This document shows positions 11,901-23,900 of a stretch of 64,000 nt of DNA, piece after piece. The notes beneath the pieces are model-generated. The model was given only the letters and a program-made list of their open reading frames with translations. It had not been told where the DNA came from and made no database searches. Both the position numbers and the translations under genes were made by a program. Every line of letters begins with the position of its first letter. Position 1 is the first letter of the stretch. This stretch comes from Mantamonas sphyraenae STR306 (lineage: Eukaryota; Protista; CRuMs), in the NCBI GenBank assembly GCA_026936335.1, contig JAPMXV010000074.1, positions 62,001-126,000 of the forward strand, read 5' to 3'.

Positions 11901-14900
11901 ATGAGCACGGCCCCTCCCGTCCCGTGGTCGACCGTGTGGTACACGTACATGCCTCCGGCAAATAAGTATAGGTAAGTGGCCAGCCACTTTCCCTCTGTGT
12001 GCGGTGTGTGTCTGGAGAGCGAGACCTGACTCGGACTCAACCGCGCTCCTTTGTGTGTTCCTCCTCGCAGCTACGCCCCCGCCGTGGTGGACGTGGTCTT
12101 TGATGAAACAGAGGCACTGCTGTGGGCAGTGACAGACTACGGGCAGCTGCAGTCCTTCCTGCACCCCAACATGTACAGATACAGCAGCCTGCCCACGTTT
12201 TGCCAGCCGCGCAAACTGCTGATGGCCGCCCAAGGCCCCGTCCTGGTGGCTCAGGACCAGATCGCACACTTTTCCCGCGGTGGCTTGGCCCACTTCATCC
12301 ACACCTCCTCCAAGCTGTACAACCTCACTGCAGCCTGTTGGTTGGACCCGCAGACTCGCTACGACGTCGTCCTCGCCGGCCAGCAGCCAAACATGCTCCT
12401 CTTTGACATGGAGAAGCAACGAGTGCGCTACCACGTACGTTCCCTTTCCACCTCTCGTCCCGTTTCCGTGCTTCAACGCCCTCTGTGGGTGCTCTCATGC
12501 ACCTGTGTGGCTCTCCCGCGCGGCGAATCGCTGTGCGCGCGCTCGACGGCCCTCTTGTCCCCGTTTGGGTCTCCTTTTCGCTGCCCACGGCTCACACATG
12601 ACACGCACGCACACACACGCACGCACAAAACACACACCCTCAGCGCAAGGTGGCATCTGAGCAGGGGTTGAGCTGTGTGGCGTCGACTGCAAATGGCAAC
12701 CATGTGGTGGCTGGCAGCAGCGACGGCAGCGTGGTGTGCGTCGACACTCGCTCGTTCAACTCAGTCAACACCCTGTACGGGTGCCACGGGGCAGGTGTGA
12801 CGGCCATCGACATGCGTGACAACATAGTGGTCACCTCGGGACTCGTTGATTCCCAGGGTGCCCTGTTTGCAGACAACCTCATCAAGGTGTACGACCTGCG
12901 ACAGATGCGCATGATTTCCGCCGTCAACGTGCCCTCGGGCGCAACCAACCTCCAGTTCCACCCTCTGTACGAAACCGACCTGCTCATTGCCTCCAACGAC
13001 GGCTACTTCCAAACCTACGACATCACAGCCCCAGCCAACTACCAACAAAACCTGGTGGTGTACCAAGTGGCCGAGGCCTCCACACCCATGATCAGCGCCG
13101 CACGCTCCGCCACAGGCGACATGCTCGCCTTTGGCACCATGGGTGGCTCCCTCCACCTGTTTGGCAACAGTGAACAGGCACAACCCAATGCCATGTCCCG
13201 CAGCACCGAGGCGGTGCCCGCACGCGTCAAATTTGCCGCTGCCAGCAAGGCTGCCCCGCGTGTGCTTCCGGATGACTACAGCATGGCGCTGTCGTCCGTG
13301 CCCAAACCACGTCCCACCACCTCCGAAGCGCTGCTGAGCACGTGGCCTTCGTACATGCGCTTCCAGGCGGGCAAGCCGCAGCAGGTGGTGAATCCCAGGA
13401 TTGCCCAATCGTTGCACATGAACGACTTTGTGGGCTACACCGTCAACCCGGGGCTCAAGCGCAACCTGGCGCCGCCCACGTTTATCTGGAGCAGTTCGAT
13501 GAACCAAACTCCGCAGCGGTTTGCCAGGTACACGCAGTTGAACGACGAGGGCATGATTCCCCGTGTCGCCGATGACGCCCAAGGGGCTCACTTTTGGCCA
13601 GGATTTCAAGGGTGGCGATCGGTCGGCTGTTGTGCGTCCCTCCAAGAACCATCGTCGTGTGATCATTCCGTACCACAAGTATGGCATTGGTCGCTTCGAC
13701 TTTTCCTACTACAACCGCTCCGCGTTTGGCGGCCTTGAGAACCAGCTGCCCAACTCGTACATCAACTCGTGCATCCACGTGCTGTACTTTGTGCCCGCCA
13801 TGCGTTCGTCGCTGCGTTCGCACCTGTGCCGCACGGAGTTGTGCTTTGCCTGCGAGCTCGGCTTCCTCATGCAGATGCTTGACGAGAGCAACGGCAAGAA
13901 TTGCCAGCCTCGCAATCTGCTGCGCACCTTTCGTCAGTCCCAGCAGGCCCAACAGTTTGGGTTGATCGAACCCGCCGATCCCATGTCCAAGAACGACGTC
14001 TTTCTGCCTCGCCTCATCCAGAACTTCTTCCGCTTCCTGCTCGAGCAGCTGCACAAGGAGCTCAGCATGGGTGTTTCCAACTCCTACCTGGATCTGGAGG
14101 AGGAACCCGCCCTGCGCACCCTGGACGACTACATCGAGGAGGAGGCCGCGCGCAAGCGCAAGGGAGGCTCCAAGAAACGCAAAGGAGGCAACAAAGGCAA
14201 CAACAGCAACAGCAACAGCAACAACAATAGCAGCAGTAGCAACGGCGGCAGCAGCAGTGGCGGTGGTGGTGGTGGTGGTGGTGGTGGTGCGGACAATGGC
14301 GAACATCCGGGATTGCCGCGTGATTCGGTGAAGGACTTTGGCATGGACATCAACGCGTTGGACAAGTGTGTAAAGTGCGACCACAGCACGGAGCGGAAGA
14401 ACGAGTTTTTCACGCTGGAGCTGGTGACGAGTGGAGGAGCCAAACCCGAAGAGGTGTCCACGGACAGCACCCTGTTTCAGGCCTGGTTGCAACAGAGCCT
14501 GTGCAAGGAGGCCGTGGCACGAGCCTGGTGTCCCAATTGCAAGGCCAACCAACCGCTCAAGCAGACCAAGCGTGTCTCCAAACTGCCCGACGTCCTCAGC
14601 GTCAGCACCTCGTTGTACACCAAGGACGACCTGCAGCGGTGGAACGGCGAGGCGGTGACATCGTCCTCATCATCATCATCGTCATCATCATCATCGTCGT
14701 CATCGTCATCAGGAGCGGCGTCGGACGATCGTCGGTTTGATCTGCCCGAGCGGCTGCGATTCTGGCGCGAGAGTGAGGACAGTGCGTACGAGGTGGAGGA
14801 GGTGAGGACCGAACAGGGTGAGGAGGAGGAGGGTGCTGCTGCTGGTGGTGGTGGTGAAAAGGCAGGCAGAGAGGATGGGGAACGGTATGTGCTGTCTGCT

Positions 14901-15905
14901 GTGGTGTTGTATGTGCAGGACAACGGAACGAAAGTGGCGGCCAAAAGCAAGAATCTGCTGGCGTACGTGCGTGTGCCTCAGCAGTACCACGACCGTGCCG
15001 GGGGCCAGCAGTACCACTCCTCCGAGTGGTTCATCTTCAACGACTTTTTCATTGTGCCCGTGTCGAAGCAGCAGGTGTTGAGTTTCCGCGCCTCGTGGAA
15101 GGCACCCTGCATTGTGCTGTACACACGCGAACCCACGTTCAATGCGCCTGCACCGCCGGTGGTGTCGCCCATCACCGACGCCGTGTTTCTGGCCATGCAG
15201 CCCAAGTTTGTCAAGAGCACCAGCACCTTTCAAATCTTCACCCCGGACAACCTGCCGCAGCCAGGCGACATGTTTGCACTGGATGCCGAGTTTGTGGCCC
15301 TCACCGAAGACGAAATCGATCTGGCCGACGACGGCTCGGAAGTGATCACCAAGAACGGCATGCTGTCGCTGGGCCGCGTCAGTGTGGTTCGTGCGAGCGG
15401 CGATCTCATGTACCAGACAGTCATTGACGACTACATCTACACGACCGAGCCTGTGGTGGACTACCTCTCACGCTTCTCGGGCCTGCATCCGGAGGATCTG
15501 GACCCGCAACGCAGTGCACACTACGTCACCACCCTCAAGAGCGACTACATCAAACTGCGCTACCTGCTCGATCGCGGTGCCATCCTGGTGGGCCACGGCT
15601 TGGAAAAGGACTTTCGCATCATCAACATCCAGCCACCACCCGAACGCGTCATCGATACAGTCAACCTGTTCCATCTCAAACGGCAGCGCAAGATCTCGCT
15701 GCGCTTCCTGGCCTGGTACCTGCTGGGTCTGAACATCCAGACGGACGAGCACGATTCGATCGAAGACGCACGCACTGCACTCGCCGTCTACGAGCGCTAC
15801 AAGGAGCTGGCCGATGCTGGTAGCTTTGACTGGGAGCTGCAACAGATCTACGACACGGGCCGCTCCTGCGGCTGGACCGTGCCGGACCCGTTCACCACTT
15901 CGTAA
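11901..15905 (+). CDS. PAN2: PAN2 deadenylase (WD40 - pseudo-UCH - DEDDh nuclease); 2 introns, one frameshift near 13560
   Basis: WD40 repeats (12650 ORF), FDFSYYNRSAFGGLENQLPNSYINS UCH-like region, nuclease motifs ALDAEFV, VVDYLSRFSGL, VGHGLEKDFRIINI, HDSIEDA. Start ATG tentative. Confidence 0.92.
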
Positions 15906-16029
15906 ACGAACAAATGAAACATTGGATAAATGAATGGACAGCAAAATGGGTGCAGCAAACGGGGAAGTTTGTTCAGTTGAAGGGGATCCGCCGCTGTTGC
16001 CGTGACACAGACATTGATGCTTGGTGATG

Positions 16030-16061
<32 letters not shown>

Positions 16062-16104
16062 GTTACACATGCCACCCCCACACAGCCACTCCGTCCAAGC
16101 ATGC

Positions 16105-17355
16105 TTAGTCGGTGGCGTTCGAGTTCGGGCCACGCCTCTTGCCGCCGCCGAACGACGCCTCCAGTGCCTCGCGCTGGTTGTACTGCTGGCGCTTCTTGGC
16201 ACGGCCAGTCAGCTTCTTGCCAGACTCCTCAGCCTGTAGTGTGTGTGCACGACGAAGGAGCGTTGGGAGGTGAGTCATGTGTGTGTGTGGGGTGTGGGGG
16301 GTTGGAATTGCCCAACTGCTCTCACTTTGCCTTCTTCCTCTCTCTCTCGCTCTTCTGCTGCAACATACCTTGTCAACCTTGGGTGTTTGTCCGCGCACCT
16401 TGCCTGTGGTTGTGCGTCGCATACGGTGTGTGTGTGTGTGTGTGTCGTGGTCCACCGTCCCGTCGTTTGTGTCAGCTGCAAACTCGGCCATGCGCTCAAA
16501 CATCGCCTCTGTGTGTTCCAGCACCTCCTTTCCTCTGCTCGCATCTCCTCCACACTCTTCCACCCTCCCATCATCTCCTCCACACCCGTCCCCTTCCCAT
16601 GCCTTGTCTCTCTGCCATCCTCCTCCCTCCCTCCACTCGCTACGTCCTCTTCTCCTTCCACCGCCCCGCATGCATCCCCCCTCTCCCTCCACCTCCGGCC
16701 CCTCTCTCCACCACATCCTCCCATTCCCTCCACTTCCCGTCCACACCCGTCTCCACACTCACCTGCGCGTGCCAGAGAACCGTGAACCTTGCCTGTGTGT
16801 CCATGCGTCCGTCCATCCCGTCCCAAACACGTCAGCCATCTCTCTTGGAAAAACCCGCCCCCATTCCAAGCTCCTCTCGCCCCCACCTCCCGTCACACAC
16901 ACTCCCTCTACACACATGCATTGGACACACATCCATCCTTCACGCCCTTCCTCCTCCTCCTCCACTCCACACGTGGGCCTCGCTGCTCCTGCACACGAGT
17001 AAACCACACGTCAAGCTGCCCAAGCCCGCACAGCTGCATCATCTCGATAACACAGTTTTTGTTTCTAATCATGGTTCGTTCATAACCACAGAGAAAAACG
17101 GTTTAATCATCTGCAGCCGTGCAGACCCTTGTGTCCATTGCCTGTCTCCCTGTCTTCCTGGTCCCTCTCCTGTGTCCATGCAGGCCCCGGAAACCTGCGC
17201 AAAGCAAGCTCCAGCGTCCGCACAAAAGCACAGCAGGCAACCACGTCCACAGGAAGCACAGACACACACAACCGCGGGTCTGCCACAGCATAGGATGATG
17301 TGTGTCCACATTGCATGCACATGGCCATCGCTCACACGTGTTCAAACTGACCCAT
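16105..17355 (-). CDS. RPS30: 40S ribosomal protein eS30 (copy 1), 4 exons, no ubiquitin-like fusion
   Basis: Mirror of copy 2; splices to [65 protein letters not shown]. Confidence 0.93.
17033..17117 (-). ncRNA. Intronic box C/D snoRNA (copy 1), predicted LSU rRNA 2'-O-methylation guide
   Basis: Reverse complement of 19823-19907, in RPS30 intron 1. Confidence 0.8.
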
Positions 17356-17720
17356 TGTCTATGTGTGTGGTTTTTGTTTTTTGGTGGTTGGTGTTGGGCG
17401 AGTGGGTGCAAGATGGGAGGTGGGCGATTTGAATGGGCCGGAACAAGGGGAGGGGGGAATGGGACGGGAAGGGGGGTTGGAGGGAGTGTGTGATTGAATG
17501 GAGTGTGGGAATGGAGTGTGGAAGGCAGGAGGCGGAAGGAAGGGAAGAATCCGCCGAAATGGAACTTGGCGGAGAAGGCACATTGCTCAAATTCTACTCG
17601 GAAACGCACCGACCGTCATCCGGCTCGCGTGTACAGAGCACGACACACGCCGGTGTTGCACACCACAACCTACCACGACGGTGTGGGAGTCCACCGCCGC
17701 GAACACCACTGAAAACCGCG

Positions 17721-19289
17721 ATGTTCTCTCGTCACGCCAGGACCACGCTGTCTTCGCAGCAGGTGGGCTCTCAGATGATTGTGCGCAGCTTTGCCGAGGA
17801 GGCAACCAAGGTGAGCAAAGAGGGACAGAAGGAGAGTGCACCCGTGGTGTTGGAGAACACACGTCGACTCACACTCTCACTGTGTGTGCAGGCCGAGGTG
17901 AAGAAGACATCCTTGTATGACTTTCACGTGGCGCAGGGTGGCAAAATGGTCGAGTTTGCTGGCTACTCGCTGCCGGTGGTGTACAAGGAGGGCCAGATCG
18001 AATCGCACCTGCACACACGCAACTCTTCGTCGCTCTTTGACGTCTCGCACATGCGCCAACTGACGTGAGTTGCCATTCCAGCGTTTGCAGTGCATGTCTT
18101 TCCCGCGCGTGAGATACATCCCACGCATGGCCTGTGTCTGTGTGCTGGCGCAGCGCGTCCCGAGTAGCCGCCGAGAAAACCTGGGGAAGCCCTCCCGAGC
18201 GCCCTCTTTTTGTGTCGTGTTCAATGCACACGTCCACCAGCAGTCCAGCAGCCACTGACACGCACACTTTACTTCATGGACGACACATGGATGGGCAACC
18301 ACAGGCTGCACGGCGACGACGTGGAGGAGTTCCTGGAGCGTGTGACGGTGGCGTCGATGGCCGAGCTCAAGACAAACCACATCACGTACAGTCTGATCAC
18401 CAACGCACAGGGAGGCATCATTGATGACACATTGATTGCCAAGAAGGATGGGTACGTGCTGATGGTGGTGAACGCAGCCTGCGCAGAAAAGGATGTGGCA
18501 CACCTCAACGCCCAGCTGGATCGCTTCAAGGAGGAGGACGGCAGTCGCAAGGTGGAGATTGTGCAGATGGACGACAAATCGTTGCTGGCACTGCAGGGAC
18601 CGCAGTCGATGAAGGTGCTGCAGCGTCTGGTGAGCGACAAGACGGATCTGAGCACGTTGTACTTCAACAACAGCGCAGACGTGGAGATCAGTGGCCTCAA
18701 GACCATTGTCAACCGTTGTGGTTACACGGGCGAGGACGGCTTTGAGATTTCGGTGGACAACAAGCACGCCACGGAACTGGCGGAGCAGTTGGTGGCTGCG
18801 GAGGAGGTGCTCGTGGCTGGCTTGGCCGTGCGCGACTCACTTCGCCTCGAGTCGGGCCTGTGCCTGTATGGCAACGACCTGAACGAAACCATCACACCGG
18901 TGGAGGCCAACCTCAACTGGACGGTGGGCAAGCGCCGACGTGCCGAGGGTGGCTTTCTGGGTGCTGACATCATCCTGGATCAGCTCAAGGAGGGTGTGGG
19001 TGTCAAGCGCTCTTGCTTCCTCACCAGTGGTCCGCCTGCTCGCCAGCATGCAGAAATCCTCAACAAGGAGGGCAACAAAATCGGCGAGGTCACCTCTGGC
19101 GGCTTCTCGCCCGTGCTCAAGCAGGGCATTGCCATGGGCTACATCGATAGCTCCTACAAGATCGGCGCAGAGGTGCAGACGCGTGTGCGTGGAAAGGTCT
19201 TTGATGCCACCGTCACCAAGGCCCCCTTTGTCCCGCAGACCTACTACCGCAAGCAGGTGGTTTCTGCTCCCTCCACCAGCACCCCCTAA
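17721..19289 (+). CDS. gcvT: Glycine cleavage system T protein (aminomethyltransferase), mitochondrial, 3 exons
   Basis: Presequence-like [12 protein letters not shown]; [72 protein letters not shown]; introns gtgagc..gtgcag and gtgagt..cacag. Confidence 0.95.
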
Positions 19290-19583
19290 AGGGCCAGGAG
19301 GAAACAATGAACACCCGGATGACGGTCGGTGCGTTTCCGAGTAGATTTGAGCAATGTGTGCCTTCTCCGCCAAGTTCCATTTCGGCGGATTCTTCCCTTC
19401 CTTCCGCTTCCTGCCTTCCACACACCGTTCCCACACTCCATTCAATCACACACTCCCTCCAACCCCCCTTCCCGTCCCACTCCCCCCTCCCCTTGTTCCG
19501 GCCCATTCAAATCGCCCATCTCCCATCTTGCTCCCACTCGCCCAACACCAACCACCAAAAAACAAAAACCACACACATAGACA

Positions 19584-20843
19584 ATGGGTCAGTTTGAACA
19601 CGTGTGAGCGATGGCCATGTGCATGCAATGTGGACACACATCATCCTATGCTGTGGCAGACCCGTGGTTGTGTGTGCCTGTGCTTCGCTGTGGACGTGGT
19701 TGCCTGCTGTGCTTTTGTGCGGACGCTGGAGCTTGCTTTGCGCAGGTTTCCGGGGCCGGCATGGACACAGGAGAGGGACCAAGAAGACAGGGAGACAGGC
19801 AATGGACACAAGGGTCTGCACGGCTGCAGATGATTAAACCGTTTTTCTCTGTGGTTATGAACGAACCATGATTAGAAACAAAAACTGTGTTATCGAGATG
19901 ATGCAGCTGTGCGGGCTTGGGCAGCTTGACGTGTGGTTTACTCGTGTGCAGGAGCAGCGAGGCCCACGTGTGGAGTGGAGGAGGAGGAGGAAGGGCGTGA
20001 AGGATGGATGTGTGTCCAATGCATGTGTGTAGAGGGAGTGTGTGTGACGGGAGGTGGGGGCGGGAGGAGCTTGGAATGTTGCGGGTTTTTCCGAGTGAGA
20101 TTGCTGACGTGTTTGGGACGGGATGGACGGACGCATGGACACACAGGCAAGGTTCACGGTTCTCTGGCACGCGCAGGTGAGTGTGGAGACGGGTGTGGAC
20201 GGGAAGTGGAGGGAATGGGAGGATGTGGTGGAGAGAGGGGCCGAGGTGGAGGGAGAGGGGGGGATGCATGCGGGTCGGTGGAAGGAGAAGAGGAGGTAGC
20301 GAGTGGAGGGAGGGAGGAGGATGGCAGAGAGACAGGGCATGGGAAGGGGACGGGAGCGGAGGAGATGATGGGAGGGTGGAAGAGTGTGGAGGAGATGCGA
20401 GCAGAGGAAAGGAGGTGCTGGAACACACAGAGGCGATGTTTGAGCGCATGGCCGAGTTTGCAGCTGACACAAACGACGGGACGGTGGACCACGGCACACA
20501 CACACACACACACACACACACACCGTATGCGACGCACAACCACAGGCAAGGTGCGCGGACAAACACCCAAGGTTGACAAGGTATGTTGCAGCAGAAGAGC
20601 GAGAGAGAGAGGAAGAAGGCAAAGTGAGAGCAGGTGGGCAATTCCAACCCCCCACACCCACACACACACATGACTCACCTCCCAACGCTCCTTCGTCGTG
20701 CACACACACTACAGGCTGAGGAGTCTGGCAAGAAGCTGACTGGCCGTGCCAAGAAGCGCCAGCAGTACAACCAGCGCGAGGCACTGGAGGCGTCGTTCGG
20801 CGGCGGCAAGAGGCGTGGCCCGAACTCGAACGCCACCGACTAA
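19584..20843 (+). CDS. RPS30: 40S ribosomal protein eS30 (copy 2), exons 19584-19587, 20147-20176, 20546-20580, 20715-20843
   Basis: All introns GT-AG and in phase; 65-aa product begins with the eS30 hallmark [19 protein letters not shown] and ends GPNSN. Confidence 0.94.
19823..19907 (+). ncRNA. Intronic box C/D snoRNA (copy 2), snR68-like guide
   Basis: Terminal stem GCTGCA/TGCAGC; C box ATGATTA (19830), D' ATGA (19857), C' ATGATTA (19868), D ATGA (19898); guide CTGTGTTATCG complementary to the conserved LSU motif CGAUAACGCAG. Confidence 0.82.
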
Positions 20844-20885
20844 GCATGCTTGGACGGAGTGGCTGTGTGGGGGTGGCATGTGTAG

Positions 20886-20918
<33 letters not shown>

Positions 20919-20984
20919 CATCATCAAGCATCAATGAACATCCATTCACCCTTCCCCACACCCAACCCAATTGTCTTCACACCA

Positions 20985-23900
20985 ATGTCTGTGTCCTTTG
21001 CAGACGAAGAACTCCCTGGACAAGGAGCCACATCCTCCTCATCCTCATCATCGTCGGGTGCAGTCCCTGTGCCCTCGGTGACCCTCACCTCGTCGCCTCG
21101 CGACGCCTCCCCCGGCCGCTTCGCCTTTCCCGACGCTGCGGCCGAGGACAACACAGCTGCGCCGGGCACTCCGTCCCAAAACACATCCACAGACTCGTCG
21201 GCCATGTTTACGCCCGTTGGGGCCACTGCACGTGACATTAGCACCCCCAACTCCGCTCGCATCCCAAACGCCGACTCCTTCCTTGCCGGCCTCGAGGACA
21301 AGTTTGAGGAAGAGTTCCACGTGCATCCGGATGAGCGTCATCACGTATGTTGTCCATGTCCTGCGCTTGTCCCCGTTTCCGTCTTCCGTCCAATCCCCCC
21401 GGGTCTCACCCACACTGCGTTCGCGCCAAACCCAGGGCCGTTCGCGCGCTCAAATTCCACCTTTTGCCGCCCCGTCTGCCGTTATCCCCGCGTGCCACGT
21501 GCCCTTTCTCACCCCCGTTGTGTCCCATGGCCCATTTTGCACGCGTTGCGCCTGTGTCTATGGTCCCACGTTGTGTGTGGCCTGCCCCGTGCTCACCGTG
21601 CTGACCCTGCGTTGCACTGGCAACCGTGCACCCCCCCACAGTGGCTCGCCAACGTGCTCTATCTCCTCCTCGACTGCGATCTGACCTGGCTCATGGACCA
21701 AGTCACCGACGCCACACACATGGACCTCATCAACGAGTTCTTTGACGCCGACGTACGTGCCCAGAGAATGCAACGGTCAAGATCGGTCGCCCTTTGCTCA
21801 CACGAACTGCCTCCCACGCCCTTCACTCCCCACACACAGGGTCCCTCCAAGGTTCTCTTTTACTACGTGCCTCCTGGTGACGTCGAAGACGACCTCAAGG
21901 AGCTCTACGGCGACGACATTGAGATCGAACCCGAACTGTGCGTTGTTTTGCCAGGCTGCTGCTGCTCCTGCCTCCTCAACGGCCCTCTGCTCACACCACG
22001 GCTTTTCGCCGCCTCTGCTCGCCCTACGTCCACGCACACACCGCATGCACCCACCCATATCCACCCCACAGGTATATCACCCACGGCGACCTCGATCGCT
22101 TCCCCGGCAAAGGCGTGTACTTTGTCAAGAACCCGTCGGACGCACGAGTGACGGGCAAGAACATCAAGGACGTGCTGGACTACGGCCAGCTGTCCGGTAC
22201 GGCGCTGTCCTCCTTTGAGACCATGGTCACCGAACTGTACTTTCCCCTCCTGAATGCCCAATCCAATTGGGGCAAGTCGTCGCAGCAGAACGCCAAGGAC
22301 TTTCTGCTGGGCTTCAAGAAGTTTGCCTCCTCGCTGTCCTCCACCGTCCAGGACCTGTCCTCGGGCGTGGAGCTGCAGAAACCGGAGAAGCGCTACGAGG
22401 TGGAAACACGGCAGCAGGCGTTCAACCGTGCCGTGCAGGACAAGGAGCTGCTGGCTCATTACGAGGGCATTGTGGAAAAGTGGATCCAGCAGGCGGACAA
22501 GCTCATCAACGAACGCGACGCCTACCGAAAGGACACCGACGACGTCGGACCCAACACAGAGGTCGAGTTCTGGAAGACACGCCAGGCTCGTCTCACAAGC
22601 ATCACTGAACAGGTGCGCACCAAAGAGTGCCGCATGGTCATCGGCGTGCTCACCGCCGCCAAGAGCCGTGCCCTCAAGGAGTGGCGAGGCTATGACAATG
22701 ACCTCACCAATGAGCTCAACAAGGCCAAGGACAACTACAAGTACCTGTCCATGATTGAACGTGCCTGCGAACCCCTGTACCACGGCAACCCGCAAAACAT
22801 CATCGATGCCCTGCCGTCCATCTTCAACCAGTTCAAACTCCTCGTCACCCTGGCCCGTCACTACAACTCGTCGGACCAGCTCACCACCCTCCTCTCTCGC
22901 ATCAGCGCCCAGATCATTGTCAACTGCAAGCGTTTCATCATGGGCGACGACACACACATCTGGGACAAGGACCACGACGACCTCGTCGCCGCCCTGCGTC
23001 TCTGTGTCAACGTCAACGACGTCTACCAGGACACCTATCGCCAGGCCAAGGAGAAGCTGCAGGCCCAAAGCAAGCTGCGCAACAACGAACTGCAGGAACT
23101 CGTCATCTTTGGCAAGATCGAACAGTTTGTCGCACGCCTGGAAAAGATCCTGGACATGATTGAGACGCAGCGGCAGTTCTCTTCGCTCACCGACCTGCGT
23201 GTCGAGGGCCTCACCGACGCCATCGAGAGCTTCTTTGAGGTGGGACAAGCCATCCGGCGCAAGACCTACGACTTTCTCGACTTCCACAAGGCGTTGTTCG
23301 ACCACGACTACAACGAGTTCCGCACGTCCATCAACGCCTTTGAGGACGCCCTCCAGGAGTTTCTGGACGAGGCCTTCCTGAAGATCACCGACACCCAAGA
23401 GGCCCTGGCCCTGCTCGAACAATTCCGCGAGGTGCTCCTGCGCGACTCGCTCATGCAGAACCTGGACTCCAAGTACATGGTCATCTTTCGCAACTACGGC
23501 CAGGAACTGGAGCAGGTGCAGCAGATCTACGAGGAGAAGAAGAAGAAGCCGCCCATTGTGCGCGACGCGCCCCTTGTGGCGGGCAACATTGCGTGGGCTC
23601 GCCATCTGCTCGAGCGCATCGAGGAACCCATGGAGAAGTTCCGCAAGAATCAGGCCATTATGAACTGGAACGAAGCAGGGCGCATCTTCAACCTGTTCAA
23701 CCGTCTCAGCACCTGTCTGCTCGAGTTTGAAACTCTGTGGCAGCAGGCGTGGGACAGGTCCATCGAGAACGCACGCCACGGCCTGCATGCAACCCTGATT
23801 GTGCGTGACAGCGACACGGGCGCCATGTTTGTCAACTTTGACAGGCACATTCTGCAGCTGATTCGCGAAACCAAGTGGCTGCTGCGCATGCGCATCGAGG

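Larger units (their letters stand above)
16012..17623. repeat. Left arm of ~1.6 kb inverted repeat
   Basis: Reverse complement of 19315-20936 along its length (cattgatgcttg...ccgtcatccgg), with scattered substitutions and small indels. Confidence 0.95.
19315..20936. repeat. Right arm of ~1.6 kb inverted repeat
   Basis: Reverse complement of 16012-17623; bounded by direct repeat caatgaaca at 19305-19313 and 20932-20940. Confidence 0.95.

Noticed and set aside
13528-13549. Ultra-short introns (e.g. gtacacgcag) explaining the frameshifts
   Set aside because: Phase-compatible GT-AG pairs at the PAN2 site lead straight into TGA; the GT-AG pairs tested at ~42070-42129 have the wrong phase. Verified introns here are roughly 80 bp or longer.
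19908-20500. Additional snoRNAs in RPS30 introns 1 and 2
   Set aside because: Some GC-rich hairpins exist but I found no convincing box C/D or H/ACA arrangement.
16012-20936. Inverted repeats as terminal repeats of a composite transposon
   Set aside because: The arms are host RPS30 genes; no transposase, and I see no direct repeat flanking the whole unit.
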